Origin: an uncultured Conexibacter sp.
Lineage (GTDB): Bacteria; Actinomycetota; Thermoleophilia; Solirubrobacterales; 70-9
DNA length: 64,000 bases
Reading direction: 5' to 3'
NCBI GenBank assembly: GCA_964641695.1
Contig: CAZXKG010000003.1
Span: 84-64,083 of the forward strand
Position numbers and translations under genes: made by a program. Positions 62,322-64,000 of the stretch are shown piece by piece. A model generated the notes under the pieces. The model searched no databases. It saw only the letters and a list, made by a program, of their open reading frames with translations, and was not told where the DNA came from. How positions within the stretch are numbered: the stretch's first letter is position 1; every line of letters begins with the position of its first letter.

Positions 62322-62471
62322 TGATCCCCCGTCCGTCCCTCTTCCTCTTCCATCCCTTCCCTATCCGCAGCCGACCCCACTCACACATACATTCATGGTG
62401 TGGGGGTGGGGTCGGCTGCGGATAGGGCTGGCATTCCCCGCCACGATGGGATCTAGGGGCGGACGGGGGAT
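62322..62471. promoter_or_regulatory. Nested long inverted repeats in the TetR / sigma-fusion intergenic region
   Basis: Perfect 21-bp arms CCCTATCCGCAGCCGACCCCA (62358-62378) / TGGGGTCGGCTGCGGATAGGG (62406-62426). These are enclosed by GATCCCCCGTCCG (62322-62334) / CGGACGGGGGATC (62459-62471). Confidence 0.6.
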
Positions 62472-62534
62472 CCATAGGTCCGTCCACGGGTGTTTGGGCT
62501 GTTTGAAGGCGGTCTGTAGCCGTTAGCTGGGACA

Positions 62535-63584
62535 TCAGGCGACCATCTCGCGAGTCTCGCTAGAGGCGTCAGAGCCGAGCATCCGGCTCAGATTGACAAC
62601 CAGCCCGGGGAGACGCTGCCCGAGCATCTTGGAGTCACCGGCGAGCTCTGTCGAGCGGATCACCTCGACCAACGAGGCGGCGGCGAAGGTCACGCTGGGA
62701 TCTTCCACCAGGACGTCCTTGCAGTCGGTGAGCAGATCCGTGATAGCTGCCCCCAGCGCGCTCCTCCTCGCTCCGTCGACGTCGGGCGGAGCCTCGTCGG
62801 GCAGGTGGGCCATCTCGATCACCAGAATGCGCCGGCGATCGGCGTCGGCGGTCAGGGCGTCGGCGAAGGAGCGGAGTAAGCCAGGGAGATTGGTGGCTGC
62901 GACGTCGGATACGAGCTCATCGAGGAGCCGTTCGTAGGCCACCGCGAAGCACTCCTGCTTGCCGGAGAACTGGCGGTAGAAGTCAGCGGGTGGGACGTGG
63001 GCCGTCCTGACCAGAGTTCCGATCCTGACCTTGTGGAAGGAGCCCTCGTTGCGCAGAAGCTCGATCATCGCGGTCACGAGGCGGCCCCTTGTTCCCTCGG
63101 CGGACGTGAAGCGCTCGGCGATCAGATCGTCCAAAGCGAGAGCGAGCTTGGTTGCCGCGTCGGGATCGGTCTCGCTCAGCGAAGCCGCCATCCGCTCGAT
63201 CGCACCGAGCTTGGGATCGATCGCTTCGCAGAGGCATTGGCGCTTGTCGCGGAAGTGGGCGTAGAAGGCCTGGCGGGTGACGCCGATCGCATCGGTCACC
63301 TCGCCGACTCGCATCGCCTCATAGCCGCGTTGCTCAGCGGCTTCTCTGGCGGCTTCGAGCATCCGCTCCTTGGAGTTGAGGTTCGTGTAGCTGGGCGGAG
63401 CTCCGGCCGGTCGAGGCCGCTTGCGGGCGATCTTCTTCTCGTAACCGCCGTGGCCGTGCGGCGGCTTCGGCAGCTTGCCGGAAGGACTCCCACCTGACCG
63501 CCCGCGGGGTGGGCGGCCAGGTGAGACCTCTGCAAGCGCTGGCTTCGGTCCTCGCCCCCCGTTGGCTTTCCCGGGGGCGCCCAT
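62535..63584 (-). CDS. TetR-family regulator with two TetR-like HTH units and a long basic/Pro-rich N-terminus
   Basis: HTH 1 VGEVTDAIGVTRQAFYAHFRDKRQC. HTH 2 IGTLVRTAHVPPADFYRQFSGKQEC. Confidence 0.8.
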   Translation of the reverse strand: MGAPGKANGGRGPKPALAEVSPGRPPRGRSGGSPSGKLPKPPHGHGGYEKKIARKRPRPAGAPPSYTNLNSKERMLEAAREAAEQRGYEAMRVGEVTDAIGVTRQAFYAHFRDKRQCLCEAIDPKLGAIERMAASLSETDPDAATKLALALDDLIAERFTSAEGTRGRLVTAMIELLRNEGSFHKVRIGTLVRTAHVPPADFYRQFSGKQECFAVAYERLLDELVSDVAATNLPGLLRSFADALTADADRRRILVIEMAHLPDEAPPDVDGARRSALGAAITDLLTDCKDVLVEDPSVTFAAASLVEVIRSTELAGDSKMLGQRLPGLVVNLSRMLGSDASSETREMVA

Positions 63585-63585
63585 C

Positions 63586-64000
63586 TCAGCGCCCCAGCTT
63601 CCGAGCCTGTTGCTTGAGCTTTCTGGCCTGCTTGCGAAGCTGCTTGGCCTTCTTCTTGTTCTTCGTCTTCTTGGCCTGCTTGAGGAGCTTCGCGGCCTTC
63701 TTGTTGAGCTTCTTCGCCTTCTTCTTGTTCTTGGCGTTGCCCTTGCCCTTGCAGGCGGTGCCGACCAGGGGGCTCTCGGAGAGGGTGCGGCCGTTGTGGG
63801 CGTCGATCGCGATCGAGAGCTTCCTCGCCACCGTGTTGGCGCAGAGGTTGCGGCTGTTGACCAGAAGGCCGTCTGATCCGCCTTCGAGCGTCAGCTCGAA
63901 GTGACTCACCGGAACATCGGGAACCACGTCGAAGGTGTTGCGGATCTGGTTGATGCCGTTCTTGTTCTTCTTCTGGTCGATCCGGCCGAAGAGGTCGATC
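63586..64000 (-). CDS. 3' part of a paralog of the 988-aa secreted Lys-tailed protein (gene continues beyond right edge)
   Basis: VPDVPVSHFELTLEGGSDGLLVNSRNLC...SESPLVGTACKGKGNAKNKKKAKK...RKLGR aligns with the C-terminus of 191..3157. DNA upstream of 63927 still matches 520-600 of the left copy. Confidence 0.8.
   Translation of the reverse strand, partial: IDLFGRIDQKKNKNGINQIRNTFDVVPDVPVSHFELTLEGGSDGLLVNSRNLCANTVARKLSIAIDAHNGRTLSESPLVGTACKGKGNAKNKKKAKKLNKKAAKLLKQAKKTKNKKKAKQLRKQARKLKQQARKLGR

Noticed and set aside
61076-62425. 449-aa plus-strand ORF antisense to the sigma-fusion gene
   Set aside because: It is a shadow frame. The minus frame has sigma regions 2 and 4 and a TM segment.

Overview
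Very GC-rich (about 70% by eye), densely coding actinobacterial-type chromosome. Many long ORFs in the six-frame track are antisense or frame-shadow artefacts. I kept only ORFs with recognisable motifs, signal peptides, SD-like sites or start/stop coupling. (1) 1-5.8 kb: minus-strand operon of a PD40 beta-propeller protein, a 988-aa secreted Cys-loop repeat protein with a Lys-rich tail, and a TetR-like gene. A paralogous copy sits at the right edge (62.5-64 kb). (2) 6-22 kb: housekeeping or accessory genes. These include two cupin + secreted hydrolase pairs, MarR-MFS-TetR, a Vgb-like propeller, PPOX + PPOX-GAF-wHTH, ABC-2 transporter + HisKA_3 kinase/LuxR regulator, and several gene fragments next to a 53-bp hairpin repeat. 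(3) 22.6-23.8 kb: tRNA-Arg(ACG) plus a 42-bp direct repeat of its 3' part, bracketing a 1.1-kb vapBC islet. (4) 24-38 kb: secreted or envelope enzymes (S58 peptidase, phospholipase D, holin-like/AlkP fusion, MBL, AI-2E) and an unknown 303-aa + 986-aa secreted pair. (5) 38-58 kb: an integrative conjugative element next to tRNA-Ser(GCT). It carries an integrase remnant, a low-GC module with an IS481-disrupted gene, int/xis, coupling ATPase, Replic_Relax-like protein, sigma factor, two TA modules, SSB, and VirB4/VirB6/TcpC/TcpE-like T4SS genes. No canonical relaxase is visible. (6) 58-64 kb: co-directional secreted proteins, a sigma/anti-sigma-like fusion, a tandem TetR and the paralogous Lys-tailed protein. 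No rRNA or CRISPR array was seen.
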